Assembly (NCBI GenBank): GCA_045578345.1
Contig: JAZNKB010000007.1
Coordinates: 85,150 to 149,149, forward strand
DNA from: Candidatus Onthoplasma sp.
Lineage (GTDB): Bacteria; Bacillota; Clostridia; Christensenellales; UBA1242
Length of the DNA stretch: 64,000 nucleotides
Reading direction: 5' to 3'
The notes under the pieces are model-generated. The model did not search any database and was not told where the DNA came from. It was given only the letters and a program-made list of their open reading frames with translations. The position numbers were made by a program, and so were the translations under genes. Of this stretch, positions 35,793 to 46,749 are shown piece after piece. The stretch's first letter is position 1. Every line of letters starts with the position of its first letter.

Positions 35793-38180
35793 ATGATTAT
35801 ATCATTAAATTGGATTAAAGATTATGTTAACCTAGACGGAATTGAAGTTGATGAATTAGTTAAACGTTTCGGTTTGTCAACTGCTGAAGTTGAAGGTGTG
35901 GAATATAAAGGAAAAAATATTGAAAACGTGGTGGTGGCTGAAATTTTGAGTGTTGAAAATCACCCTGAAAGCAAAAAACTCCACATTTTGAAAGTAAACG
36001 ACGGAACGGGAGTTCCTGTTCAAGTTGTTTGTGGCGCACCAAATGTTAGGGTGGGACTCAAAACCTACTTTGCGCGTGTTGGCGGAAACGTTAACGGAAT
36101 GAAAATTGGCCCTGCAAAGTTGGCAGGAGTTGAAAGTTTTGGTATGTGTTGTGGTGGAAATGAATTGGGAATTGAAGCAGACACAAGCGGAATTGTTGAA
36201 CTTGATGATTCTTTAGTTGTTGGAACAGACATTAAAGACATTCTTCCAATTGAAGATGTTTTAATTGAAGTTGACAACAAATCACTCACCAACCGTCCAG
36301 ACCTTTGGGGACATTATGGAATTGCAAGAGAATTTGCAACAATTTTTAAGCGCGAATTAAAACCGCTTGAATTAGAAGACTTAAATAAATATAACAACTT
36401 GCAACCACTCAACATTAAAGTTGAAACAAAAAATTGTTTCAGATATTGTGGACTTTCTGTTGAAAACGTTATAAACAAAGTTAGTCCAAGTTTAATCAAA
36501 CTTCGTTTAAATTACTGTGGAATGAGAGATATCAACTTGCTTGCCGACATGACGAACTATCTCATGCTTGAAATTGGTCAACCAATGCATGCATTTGATA
36601 ATGACATTGTTAAGGGTATCACAGTTGTTGAAACTGAAAAACCAATGCAAATGGAAACTCTTGAAGGCGAAACTCACACAATTGAACCTGAAAGTATGGT
36701 TATTTGTGATGACAATCGAATTCCTGTTGCAATTGCTGGTGTTAAAGGTGGACTTAAATCTGGAATAACAGACAACACAACAAAGTTGTTGTTGGAAAGT
36801 GCTTGCTTTGATTGTGTGTCAATCAGAAAAACAAGCAGAAAAATCGGTCTTATCACAGATGCAAGTCAAAGATATGAAAAATCTCTTGACCCTGAAATGT
36901 GTGTTACAGCGATTGAAAGACTTGTTTATTTGTTGCGCAAAGCAGAGCCAAGAATTAATGTTACTTCAAGGTTAACAGATGTTTATAACTTCCATTATCC
37001 AAAATATGAAATTGAAATTGACACAGATTTCCTTGCTCGTCGTGGTGGAGTTAAACTTGAACTCAATGCTGTGATTGACACATTAACTCGCCTTGGTTTT
37101 GAAGTTGAAATTTTGGATTTGGTTCAAGAAAAAATCAGAGTTTTAGTGCCTTCATGGCGTGGAACAAAAGATGTTTCAATCAAAGAAGATTTGGTTGAAG
37201 AAATTTTCAGAATGTATGGCTATGACAATATCAGTTCTCAAGCAATGGAAATGCCTCTTCAACCGGTTGACCAAATTGAAACACGCACAAAAGAGTATGA
37301 AATTAAGCATGCGCTTGCAAGTTTGTTTGGTTTAAATGAAGTTCACTCATACGTTTGGAACTATGAAGAATATAATAAGGATGTTGGAATTGAAGAGAGT
37401 TCAGTTTTGCGCCTTAGGGACAGTTCTCATTCCGGACAAAGTGGATTAAGAAGTTCGCTTGCGCCAACAATAATTAAATTTGCTGATGAGAATAAAAACA
37501 AACTTAGTAACTACGGGATTTTTGAGATTGGCAGAGTTTGGAATGCAAAAGATGAAAACAATTTGGCGGTTGAAAAGAAAAAATTGGCTGTGGTTCTTGC
37601 AAGCGAAAGTGAAAGCGAAAAGGATTTATATTTCCGCTTGAAAGAAATGGTTGAATATATCTCCGCCCACATCATGAAAATTAAGGTTGATTATTCTCAA
37701 ACAACTGAAAATAAACTTTATCATCCTGTGAACTCTTGTTCAATTTCTTGTGGAGAAGTTGTTTTGGGTGAAATGGGAATCATGCATCCAGTGATTGCAA
37801 AAAACATTGACAAGCGAAAAAACTTTGCTGTGCTTGAACTTGATATTGAAAAAATGATAAATGCGGAAAAAACAAATTTCAAAGTTCAATTAACAAGCAA
37901 ATTCCAAAGTGTTTCAGTTGACTACAACTTCGTTGCAAGCAACAATATGAAATATGCTGAAATTGAAAAAGCTCTAAACGAATTTAGAGCAAGTTTCATT
38001 CTTGAACATTCTTTGAAAGATATCTACATCAACGAAGAAGTGTTACCGGGTAAAATAAGTTACACAATCAATTTCGTCATAACTCCAAAAGATAGAACTC
38101 TTGAATCGAGCGACATTGAAAAGTTCTCAGCGCGCTTAATTGAGCATATGAAGAGAATTAATGTGGAACTAAGAAGTTAA
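35793..38180 (+). CDS. pheT: phenylalanine--tRNA ligase beta subunit
   Basis: MIISLNWIKDYV N-terminus, tRNA-binding OB, B3/4, B5 and FDX-ACB domain order. Confidence 0.95.
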   Translation: MIISLNWIKDYVNLDGIEVDELVKRFGLSTAEVEGVEYKGKNIENVVVAEILSVENHPESKKLHILKVNDGTGVPVQVVCGAPNVRVGLKTYFARVGGNVNGMKIGPAKLAGVESFGMCCGGNELGIEADTSGIVELDDSLVVGTDIKDILPIEDVLIEVDNKSLTNRPDLWGHYGIAREFATIFKRELKPLELEDLNKYNNLQPLNIKVETKNCFRYCGLSVENVINKVSPSLIKLRLNYCGMRDINLLADMTNYLMLEIGQPMHAFDNDIVKGITVVETEKPMQMETLEGETHTIEPESMVICDDNRIPVAIAGVKGGLKSGITDNTTKLLLESACFDCVSIRKTSRKIGLITDASQRYEKSLDPEMCVTAIERLVYLLRKAEPRINVTSRLTDVYNFHYPKYEIEIDTDFLARRGGVKLELNAVIDTLTRLGFEVEILDLVQEKIRVLVPSWRGTKDVSIKEDLVEEIFRMYGYDNISSQAMEMPLQPVDQIETRTKEYEIKHALASLFGLNEVHSYVWNYEEYNKDVGIEESSVLRLRDSSHSGQSGLRSSLAPTIIKFADENKNKLSNYGIFEIGRVWNAKDENNLAVEKKKLAVVLASESESEKDLYFRLKEMVEYISAHIMKIKVDYSQTTENKLYHPVNSCSISCGEVVLGEMGIMHPVIAKNIDKRKNFAVLELDIEKMINAEKTNFKVQLTSKFQSVSVDYNFVASNNMKYAEIEKALNEFRASFILEHSLKDIYINEEVLPGKISYTINFVITPKDRTLESSDIEKFSARLIEHMKRINVELRS

Positions 38181-39409
38181 TAAGAGCTAGATACCTTGAC
38201 GGTTATATTATATTCAACACCGTCCAGGTATTTTTCTTGTGCGTTTTTATAGTATTTTTCAAAATCTTTATATTCTTTTCTATAAAAGTTTTCATAAACT
38301 CCGATTAAGTCAACTTGATTTGTTTTGCAAAAATCAATTATGTCCATCACATCAGATTTTACAGTTTCTTTTGTTTTTTCAATCAATGCATTGGTTAAGA
38401 AATCTTTATTTCTTTTCAAAAAACTTTTATCTGGATTTTCATCGTCCACTTCTTCAACCAAAATAGAAAGTTCAATTTTGATATCAAAAACAGGTTTGTT
38501 GTTTTCAAATTTTGGAGAAAAACTCAGTTTCTTATCGTGAATGTTTAACACAACATTTGTGTTTTTATATAAATTGTCGTTAACATTTTCAACTTTTAGG
38601 GTTCCCTCTTGTTCAACGTTTGAAAGAATATTAAGTTTTTTCATTTGATCTGGAGTTAACTCTAAAAACTTTTTGCCGTCTTTAAATACGCACACCGTTC
38701 CATCGTTTAAAATGTATTCTTTTGCTTGTCCAGCAGAACCTGAGCCTGGTTCAGTTGAAGTTCCTCCGCCCGTTGAATCACTTTCGAGTTCGATTGCGTT
38801 TTCTTTTTCTTGTTTTAACAACTGCACTTTTGGCATTATTCCAAGTGAAATTGGACTAAAATAACCCTTATAAAAAGAATGAATGTTGCTGTCGGCGGAA
38901 GGAATATATCGTTTATCAAAATTAATCACATCTTCAAGTGGAATTGATTTTTCAATGTTGAGATTAACAACTGCTTGTTGAAATTCTTCAACATCACCGC
39001 TAAAATTTATTAAAATTGCATTTCGGCCAACCTTTCTTGTTCGCGTCATGAAATCCAAAGAAGACATAATTCCTTCCTTAGATAAATTTTCACCAAATGC
39101 CATGATTTCGCATTGAGCAAATCCCATACTTTTTCCCAAAGAGAGCGACACATTCTCAACAGCTTCACCAACAGTTTCTCCAACGCCGGAAAAAACTTGA
39201 TAGTTTGTTGTTTTTTCTGTTGATGGAGTGATTACTGCGGTGGAGATTTTAATTCCTTCTTCGACTTTGTCAATGCTCATCATGGTTATGATTGCTTCTG
39301 TTCTGCTCATTGCGGGTTTTGTGACTTCAGGGACGGTTATTAAGAGGATAATCAGAAAAATCCAAACAACAAATTTACGTGGACTAAATATGGTTTTCAA
39401 TTTTTTCAT
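38177..39409 (-). CDS. spore germination receptor C subunit (GerAC family)
   Basis: Operon position and Ger(x)C-like length and pattern. Start at MKKLK behind AAGGTGG. No lipobox Cys in the N-terminal hydrophobic segment. Confidence 0.75.
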   Translation of the reverse strand: MKKLKTIFSPRKFVVWIFLIILLITVPEVTKPAMSRTEAIITMMSIDKVEEGIKISTAVITPSTEKTTNYQVFSGVGETVGEAVENVSLSLGKSMGFAQCEIMAFGENLSKEGIMSSLDFMTRTRKVGRNAILINFSGDVEEFQQAVVNLNIEKSIPLEDVINFDKRYIPSADSNIHSFYKGYFSPISLGIMPKVQLLKQEKENAIELESDSTGGGTSTEPGSGSAGQAKEYILNDGTVCVFKDGKKFLELTPDQMKKLNILSNVEQEGTLKVENVNDNLYKNTNVVLNIHDKKLSFSPKFENNKPVFDIKIELSILVEEVDDENPDKSFLKRNKDFLTNALIEKTKETVKSDVMDIIDFCKTNQVDLIGVYENFYRKEYKDFEKYYKNAQEKYLDGVEYNITVKVSSSY

Positions 39410-40541
39410 TTGCCACCACCTTTTGTTTTTGATTTTCATAATTCATATTTTTTTGTTTAAACTTTTTATCTTTGTGCCGTTTGTTTATAAAGTTTGCAAT
39501 TAACAGCACCAGCGGAATTATATATTGACAGACAATTGTAACAATAGATGCAAAATGCGTGAAAAAGATTTTTTCAAGATTAACAGTTATGCTTCCGACA
39601 TATGCAAGACAAAACATGATTGAATTAACAATCACTATCATGGTAATTTTTGATTTAATATTAAACAAATACATCAAAACTTTAACTAAACAATAACCAT
39701 TTAAAGCAATTTGAATAGATTGAGTTACAACCCAAAGTGAAACCACAAGCCAAGAAAGTTCATCAATTATTGATTTACTGCTTGAAAATTGACTTATGTC
39801 GCTTATTGCAAAAGTGTGAGTTGGACTTGTTGAATCAAACAAACCATAAAAAACAAAATATATCAATTGAACAAGTAAAATTGCAAATATAATATAAATT
39901 AAAGAAGTTCTTTTCTTTTCACCGCTGAAATCAACTTTGCCAAAAATTGCAATCAAAAAGGTTGAAGAGCCAAACCAACTTAAATGTTGGTAACCGCTTT
40001 TTACAAGTGGAAGAACTCCGTCTTTAAACATAGGAAGATAAACAAGAGGATCCACATCTGCAAAAGATTTAAAAGCAATGTAAACACAGCCAACAACAAT
40101 TGCAAGATAAAAAATTTCTTGAACTCGAGCAATGTTTCTAAGTCCCTTATACATCATAAATCCAGTTAAAGCAATCAGTGGAAGAATATATAAAACCCAA
40201 TGAAAATTGTTATAAAAATTTTCTGTTACGAAAAATTCAAGACCTTTCACAATGTTGGCAACTTGAAGCAAAAATTGAAGTGCCAAAACGAAAAGAAAAA
40301 CCTTAGTTAAAACAGGACCAATTGTGCTATTCATAAATTCATGAATGTTTTTGTTATGATTTTTTCTCATAAGGTCAATAAGTATTAACGCGTAAATTCC
40401 ATCAATAATCATTAAAACAAGAACAACTAACCAACTCATATTTGAACTTTTAAGATAAAGCACACTTGGTAAAACCAAAAATTTCAGAGAAATGAAACTT
40501 AAAAACAACATAACAGACATTTGACGATAATTAATTTTCAT
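39384..40541 (-). CDS. spore germination receptor B subunit (GerAB permease family)
   Basis: About 10-TM APC-like permease starting MKINYRQMSVMLF. ATGA overlap with the upstream gene. Confidence 0.8.
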   Translation of the reverse strand: MKINYRQMSVMLFLSFISLKFLVLPSVLYLKSSNMSWLVVLVLMIIDGIYALILIDLMRKNHNKNIHEFMNSTIGPVLTKVFLFVLALQFLLQVANIVKGLEFFVTENFYNNFHWVLYILPLIALTGFMMYKGLRNIARVQEIFYLAIVVGCVYIAFKSFADVDPLVYLPMFKDGVLPLVKSGYQHLSWFGSSTFLIAIFGKVDFSGEKKRTSLIYIIFAILLVQLIYFVFYGLFDSTSPTHTFAISDISQFSSSKSIIDELSWLVVSLWVVTQSIQIALNGYCLVKVLMYLFNIKSKITMIVIVNSIMFCLAYVGSITVNLEKIFFTHFASIVTIVCQYIIPLVLLIANFINKRHKDKKFKQKNMNYENQKQKVVANEKIENHI

Positions 40542-41986
40542 TTTTCACCTCGTCTTGTTAAGTTGTTTTGATTGTTTGAAATTGATTTTGGTCTACGATA
40601 CATTTCTTTTATGATTTCTCGCTTAAACAAATCTTTTTGGTCATTACGAATGAAAGGAGCGGTTGGTGCGAGATATGCGCTGTTGTAACTATCAAAACTT
40701 GAAAGATAGGAAATTAAAAATACGCAGAAAATCAAAATGCCATAAAGTCCAATTGAGGCACCAATCACTAATGCAAGAAGTCGCAAAATGCTGAATTGCG
40801 CTGCTTGACTTGGAATGATATAAAACGTGATTCCAGAAAGCGCAACAATCATAACTGCAGGTGGACTAACAAGTCCAGCATTAATTGCCGTTTCACCTAA
40901 GATTAATGCGCCAACAATGCTCATTGCCATTCCGAAATATTGTGGCATTCGAAGATTCGCTTCATATAAAATTTCAAAAAGTAAAACAACAAACAACAAT
41001 TCAATGAAAGGAGAAAATGGAATTCCTTGAGTTGTGTTCATGATTGTAACCAAAAATTCTGTTGGTAGAATTTTATAATGAAATTTTTCAAGTGCAACAT
41101 ATATCCCAGGAAGCAATACAGCAAGAATAACTCCAATAAACCTAAGAACACGAACGAATGTTACACGAATTGGTTGACTGTAATAATCGTCTGAATTTTG
41201 AAGATCTTCAATGAGAATAAACGGAAGTGTTAATGCAATTGGACTTCCGTCCACCAAAATTCCAATTCTTCCTTCAAGCATTTTCCCAACAAGAACATCA
41301 GGTTTTTCCGTGTCTCCCACTTGTTTAAACAAAGATTTTGGGTTTTTCTGAAGATAAGAAACCAAGTAATGACTATCAACAATTCCATCGATGTTAATTG
41401 CTTTTAATCGTCTTAAAATATGTTTAACATTTTTTTTGTCTGCAAGAGAATTAAAGTAAACTACAGCAACCTGAGTTTTTGTAACATTGCCAATGTCCAA
41501 TGTTGAAACAACCAAATCGTCAGTTTTGCTTCGTCTTCGAATCATTGCAAGGTTGAATTTTAAACTCTCGTTAAATCCTTCACGCGGGCCTTTAATAACA
41601 ACGCTTGTTGGAGGTTCTGTAACAGCGCGAACAGTGATTTTTTCAATGTCGCAACCAAGCAAAATTTCTGCATTGTCAACAAGAATTAAACAATGGCCTT
41701 CAAGCAGTTTTTCGAGTGCTTCATCAAGATTGTTGAATTCTGTCACTTCGTTGTTTGACAACACATTTTCTTTAAGTGTTAACCAAATGTTATCTTCTGG
41801 CGTATATGGATATTCCAAAATCGGATTCATAATTGATTGGTTCAAAAGCAGGTTATCACTGATTGGTGCAATGTAACAAATTGAGACATTCGTGCCAAAA
41901 AACTGCACGGTTCGCGACTTTAAATCACCACTTTCGTGCAGTTTTTCTTTTATTTCATTTAAGGTTGCAACTGCATCTATTTTCAT
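40538..41986 (-). CDS. spore germination receptor A subunit (GerAA family)
   Basis: Soluble N-domain (GDLKSRTVQF..VSICYIAPISD) plus C-terminal TM bundle. Start moved to MKIDAVATL. Confidence 0.85.
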   Translation of the reverse strand: MKIDAVATLNEIKEKLHESGDLKSRTVQFFGTNVSICYIAPISDNLLLNQSIMNPILEYPYTPEDNIWLTLKENVLSNNEVTEFNNLDEALEKLLEGHCLILVDNAEILLGCDIEKITVRAVTEPPTSVVIKGPREGFNESLKFNLAMIRRRSKTDDLVVSTLDIGNVTKTQVAVVYFNSLADKKNVKHILRRLKAINIDGIVDSHYLVSYLQKNPKSLFKQVGDTEKPDVLVGKMLEGRIGILVDGSPIALTLPFILIEDLQNSDDYYSQPIRVTFVRVLRFIGVILAVLLPGIYVALEKFHYKILPTEFLVTIMNTTQGIPFSPFIELLFVVLLFEILYEANLRMPQYFGMAMSIVGALILGETAINAGLVSPPAVMIVALSGITFYIIPSQAAQFSILRLLALVIGASIGLYGILIFCVFLISYLSSFDSYNSAYLAPTAPFIRNDQKDLFKREIIKEMYRRPKSISNNQNNLTRRGEK

Positions 41987-42014
41987 AGATGTAGTTTTTG
42001 TTAGATTGTTGTTT

Positions 42015-45000
42015 TTATACAGATTTTTCAACAATAAACACAACTGTGGTTGTTTGCATTGAATTGTTTTTGATGCTGTAAATAGCGTAATTGCTTTGAG
42101 GATCAAATTTCAAAGTTAAACCTAATTGATATTTATTTGCATAAGTTTCAAGAAGACCAGAAATTAAAGCATAGTTAAAGTTTTCAGTGTGGTTTGACCA
42201 ATTGTATCTGAATTCAAACACGCTTCTTCCAGATTCATTAGTGTCAGTTTTATATTCTGCGTAAATTAAAGCGTTTAACAAGTATGATTGCATTGAATTT
42301 GGCTCCAAACCAGATTGAGAATATAATTGATATGTATTGTCAGCTCTAAATTCTTTCAAATAGTTTTCAATTGCGTAATTTTCAATTGGTTCGTTTTCGT
42401 TTTTGTAATTAGTTATTGTTTGAGCAATTTGTTCACTTGTCATGCTGAATGTTGAATTTGCATAGTAGTTATAAGCATATTGACTATCTTCAGGAGTTTT
42501 TCTGCTTGTGAGATATTCCGAAGAAATGATGTGGTTTTCATCAGTGAAAGTCAACTCGTTTGGAGCTCCAGTTGGAACAACTGAATCAAGAGTTAAGAAA
42601 TATGTGTGAGAAGAGATTCCATAACCATTATTTAAGCTGTTGAAATAAATTCTGTTGTCTGAGAATGTTAAATCAACCACATACCAATGTTTTGCTGTTT
42701 GATCACTTGTTGTGCTTAAATAAACTTTATTCCATGCATGGTCAACCGTTGTTTGAACTCCAGTTGGAGACATTGTTGTGTCGAGATAAGAATAATTTCC
42801 ATTAACAACAACCGCTTCAATTCCTTCAATGGCGCAAAGCAGAGCAAATGCTTTTGAATAAGATTGACTTGTTGCAAAACTTGATCCAATAATTAGGTCT
42901 CCATTTGGTTGCATTGAAATGTTTTCAAAAATTCCTTCGAGATAATAATGTTTATACATTCCATAAGTTGCAATGTTTGAAGATTCAACAGAACCCGAAA
43001 CGAAGTATTTATTATTTGCATTAGAATAGTAAGTTAAATCAAAACTATATTCCAACCAGTCGAATATTGCAGTAACCTTGTCAAGATCGGTCATATTGTT
43101 TGTTACAATTGCAGATAAAACGAGTTTTGCATTGTTGTAAACAGTTTCTGCAACCGAACTATCACCAACAAACTTTGGTTTTCTTCCATGTTGAACTGCT
43201 TGCAATAATTGTTCAGTTGTTGTAACAAGCATTTCTTGGTTGCTGTCAATTTTGAAAACTCCTGATTCACTTTTTCTTAAATATAAATCTACATATTCAA
43301 AATCGTTGCCATAGTTTAAATTTGTTTGAACTCTCATAAGAGAATTGTCATTATCAATTTTTTCAACATTAAGAGCATTTTTATAATATAATTGGAATAT
43401 ATCATTTCCAGTTGAGTGATTTAAACTGAAATTAGATAAAATGTTAAATTCAGGATAAGCAGAAATAAGTTTCATACAAACGTGTTTAAACAGGTCGTTA
43501 TCAGAAGTTGTTGCTTCTTTAACTAAGTTGAGCCAAGTTTCATCTTTATTGAAATTGTATGTTTTTGAATTGTTTGCCTCAGTGGCAATTCTGATGATTG
43601 CTTCTCTTAAAGTTTCTTGCTTAATTGCATTTTCATCTTCAACAAAATGTCTTTCAATAAGTAAACTTAATCCTGTGTTGATGTCAATATCATAAAGATA
43701 GTGGTACCATAAAATATTTTTCAATTCTTCGGCTGAGCCAATTGAGAAATCGTGATTGTTTCCATACATATAAACTGAATATCTTAAGAAATCTCGTTCT
43801 TGAGTGAAAATATATCTTTCAGTTACGCTGGTTGCTGAACTTGAAGCAAATTCTTTTGAGTTTCCACCAACTGTTTCCACCATTGAATAAATTGAAATTT
43901 CGTAGTTTCCTTGAATGGTAATATAGTCATTAATGTTGGTGCCTGTTTCACCATAAACTTTAAATTCGTAAGTTATGTTGTTTGGATCTTTTAATCTAAT
44001 TAAATAATAATCCGCATTTTCATCACCTATCCAGCGCATTGAATATTCATCTTTTGAAATATTTTCAAATATAATGTTGGTTGGTGATTTTAAGCTGTTT
44101 AATTTTTCAAGTCGAGCATATGTCGCAGATTCGTTTGCATCAGCATAATAACTATCTTCTTTTGGTGCAAGAGCTGTGATGTAGAAATAATAAACACCTT
44201 GTTGAGATAAATATTCTGAAACGTCGACTGATTCTGTTATTTCAAAATAATTTTTCAATCCCATGTTGTCCAAGTAATCAATGTAGTCACTGTCGTTTTC
44301 TTTAACAATTCTAACACGATATCTTTCAGCATTGTCAACAGGTTTGAATGACAAAGTGAAAATTCCTTCATTTTCAATAACTTGAATATTTTCCACGCCT
44401 GGGAGTTGTTTCATTAAGGCGTAATTTGCAACATTATATTCACTTGCAGCAACATTGAAAGACGTTTCTTTTGGAAGAGAACGAATTTGAATTTCATAGT
44501 TATTTGCTGAAGTTAAATATTTAGAAATATCAATTTCATATAAACCCATTGCATCATCTGAATTTGCTGTGACGGTGTGCTTGTTGTAATTGATTAAAAT
44601 TTCGTAACCGCCAGCATCTTGAATTCCGTAGAATTTAAGGACGTATTTAGTTTCACCATTGCTGATTTGTTTTGAAACAGGAGTGATGGTTCCGTTGATA
44701 TTATAGAATTCTGGTTTAGGTAAAATCTTAATATGAGAAACGCTTAAAGCTTCAGAGAGTTGACTGTCTGAATACACACTGTGGATGTCTGCAACTGCTT
44801 GAACTTTAACAGAATAATCAGTATATTCACCTTCGCTTATAATGTATTGACTCAAATCAATAGTTGTTGTTGTGTATATTGTGTTAATTTTAACATAATC
44901 ACTTGCATCTTTACTTTTCACATAAACATAATAACCAATTGCGTTGTCTGTTCCAGTGAAAGTAAGTTCATAAAGTTTTTTGCTGCTAAAACCTTGAGTT

Positions 45001-46559
45001 GAACTAAATGTTGGAGTGTTGAGTTGTTTAGTGTAATTCAAGTCAACACTTTTAATTCGTGGTTGAAGACCTTCAACAAAAGCTGAAACTATAACTGTTT
45101 GATTGTTTGAAGAAAGGGTTTCAATTGGAATTTCAAAATTATTTGTGTCTAAAACATAATAACTTGTTCCGCACTCAACAAAATAATACGCATTTTCAAT
45201 TTCGGTCCAAGTTAAACCAGAATCAGAACCCTCAACAGTTATATCGGCAACTTTATTAGATATAGTTGGATTTGAAACAATTTCACTTATTTTTGATGAT
45301 AAATAATTTCCAACACCAACCGATTTGATTGCAACGGCAAGGAAATCTTCTGTTAACAACATGCTTGTAATGTTTGAATCCAATTTGTATTCCTTAAGTC
45401 CGTTTTGTGTGAACACAAGAACTTTAAATTCACCAATCAAGTTAGGGTTTACAGGAGTCCAGTTTGCAACATAACAACTATTTGTTTCGCTATAATCAAT
45501 TGTCAATGCTGGAGCAGAAAGAACTTCGGTGTTTTCAAATAAAATTGCCGAACTTAAATCTGAGTCAATATAGAATGCACCTTCAGTGCTTGTTGTAACA
45601 AATCTTGATTGAGTTTTAAAAGAGTATTGAGATATGTTGTCAAAATTAAGTTGACCATTCAAAATGAAAGGTTCAAAGAATTTTGTTAAATTAACATTAG
45701 CTAAGTTATCACTGAACATTTCAATGCTTTCAGATGAGTTTATTTCAACAGTTCTTTCAAGATTTGCACAACTGATGGAAATTGCATTTGCATTTTTGTC
45801 GATGGCAGTGACGAGATGTAATTCGTTGTTCACATTGTAAACTTGTCCGTTTCTTGGGGATGAAAGTTTAATTGTGTGAGTATATGTAGTTTTCTCAGTA
45901 AAACTGCTTTCAATGAGGGTTGTTTCGTCAGACAAAACTGCGCTAACATAGAATTTATAATTACCTGGATCTGTTAATAAAGAACCAAAATCAAATTGAT
46001 TTGAATTAAAAGAATATTCTGGCAAGTCGGCAATTTTAATTGTTTCAGAAGTGTCTCCAGTTAAAACATTCCCTGTTTTATCAAAAATGATTTTGTCGTT
46101 TGGTGTGATAATTTTCACAAGATAATAGCTGGCATTTTCAACAACATTCCATGTTAAAGTTGTTGCATTAATTTTAACGTTTGTTGGGGTTTTAACATTC
46201 CCGCTATGTTTATATGTGTAAACATCGGAGAACGAACTTGCATGGGCTTTGCTTGAATTTGCTTTAATTTTAACAGAGTATGTGTTGCCAACAATGAAAA
46301 TTTTTGATGCATCATATCGTATTTCATTGCCAACAATTTCTGCATAGTTATTTTGTTTTGCATTAACAGTGAGTTCGTTGTCGTTAATCGAGATGGTATA
46401 ATATTCAGCATTTTTAATGGAATTAAAAACAATTATTCCACTGTTGATACTTGTTACCGTTGGTGTTGATAGAGTTGGTTTGCTTTTGCTTTTGCACGCA
46501 GAAAAAGAGATAGGAACAATTAAGCACATTAACAAAATTAATATTTTTAATTTTTTCAT
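42015..46559 (-). CDS. 1514-aa surface lipoprotein: Fn3/Ig-like repeats plus C-terminal transglutaminase-like domain
   Basis: Lipobox ISFSAC. Repeated ~90-aa modules (A..Y.V...). C-terminus SYSKAFALLCAIEGIEAVVVNG...DHAWNKVYL...WYVVDLT fits the transglutaminase core, with Ser at the Cys position. Confidence 0.75.
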   Translation of the reverse strand: MKKLKILILLMCLIVPISFSACKSKSKPTLSTPTVTSINSGIIVFNSIKNAEYYTISINDNELTVNAKQNNYAEIVGNEIRYDASKIFIVGNTYSVKIKANSSKAHASSFSDVYTYKHSGNVKTPTNVKINATTLTWNVVENASYYLVKIITPNDKIIFDKTGNVLTGDTSETIKIADLPEYSFNSNQFDFGSLLTDPGNYKFYVSAVLSDETTLIESSFTEKTTYTHTIKLSSPRNGQVYNVNNELHLVTAIDKNANAISISCANLERTVEINSSESIEMFSDNLANVNLTKFFEPFILNGQLNFDNISQYSFKTQSRFVTTSTEGAFYIDSDLSSAILFENTEVLSAPALTIDYSETNSCYVANWTPVNPNLIGEFKVLVFTQNGLKEYKLDSNITSMLLTEDFLAVAIKSVGVGNYLSSKISEIVSNPTISNKVADITVEGSDSGLTWTEIENAYYFVECGTSYYVLDTNNFEIPIETLSSNNQTVIVSAFVEGLQPRIKSVDLNYTKQLNTPTFSSTQGFSSKKLYELTFTGTDNAIGYYVYVKSKDASDYVKINTIYTTTTIDLSQYIISEGEYTDYSVKVQAVADIHSVYSDSQLSEALSVSHIKILPKPEFYNINGTITPVSKQISNGETKYVLKFYGIQDAGGYEILINYNKHTVTANSDDAMGLYEIDISKYLTSANNYEIQIRSLPKETSFNVAASEYNVANYALMKQLPGVENIQVIENEGIFTLSFKPVDNAERYRVRIVKENDSDYIDYLDNMGLKNYFEITESVDVSEYLSQQGVYYFYITALAPKEDSYYADANESATYARLEKLNSLKSPTNIIFENISKDEYSMRWIGDENADYYLIRLKDPNNITYEFKVYGETGTNINDYITIQGNYEISIYSMVETVGGNSKEFASSSATSVTERYIFTQERDFLRYSVYMYGNNHDFSIGSAEELKNILWYHYLYDIDINTGLSLLIERHFVEDENAIKQETLREAIIRIATEANNSKTYNFNKDETWLNLVKEATTSDNDLFKHVCMKLISAYPEFNILSNFSLNHSTGNDIFQLYYKNALNVEKIDNDNSLMRVQTNLNYGNDFEYVDLYLRKSESGVFKIDSNQEMLVTTTEQLLQAVQHGRKPKFVGDSSVAETVYNNAKLVLSAIVTNNMTDLDKVTAIFDWLEYSFDLTYYSNANNKYFVSGSVESSNIATYGMYKHYYLEGIFENISMQPNGDLIIGSSFATSQSYSKAFALLCAIEGIEAVVVNGNYSYLDTTMSPTGVQTTVDHAWNKVYLSTTSDQTAKHWYVVDLTFSDNRIYFNSLNNGYGISSHTYFLTLDSVVPTGAPNELTFTDENHIISSEYLTSRKTPEDSQYAYNYYANSTFSMTSEQIAQTITNYKNENEPIENYAIENYLKEFRADNTYQLYSQSGLEPNSMQSYLLNALIYAEYKTDTNESGRSVFEFRYNWSNHTENFNYALISGLLETYANKYQLGLTLKFDPQSNYAIYSIKNNSMQTTTVVFIVEKSV

Positions 46560-46749
46560 ATTTTACCCCTAAGCACTGAAGAATTAAAACTTTGACAAAT
46601 TCTTCAATAATATTTTTAAAATATTATACCCAAATATTTTATATAAATCAAATAAATTAAACGAAAAATAAATTAATATTAAATTGAAAATATAAGAAAC
46701 AATATCATAAAAATAAAAAATAAATAATAAATTATTGTAGGAGTAATTT

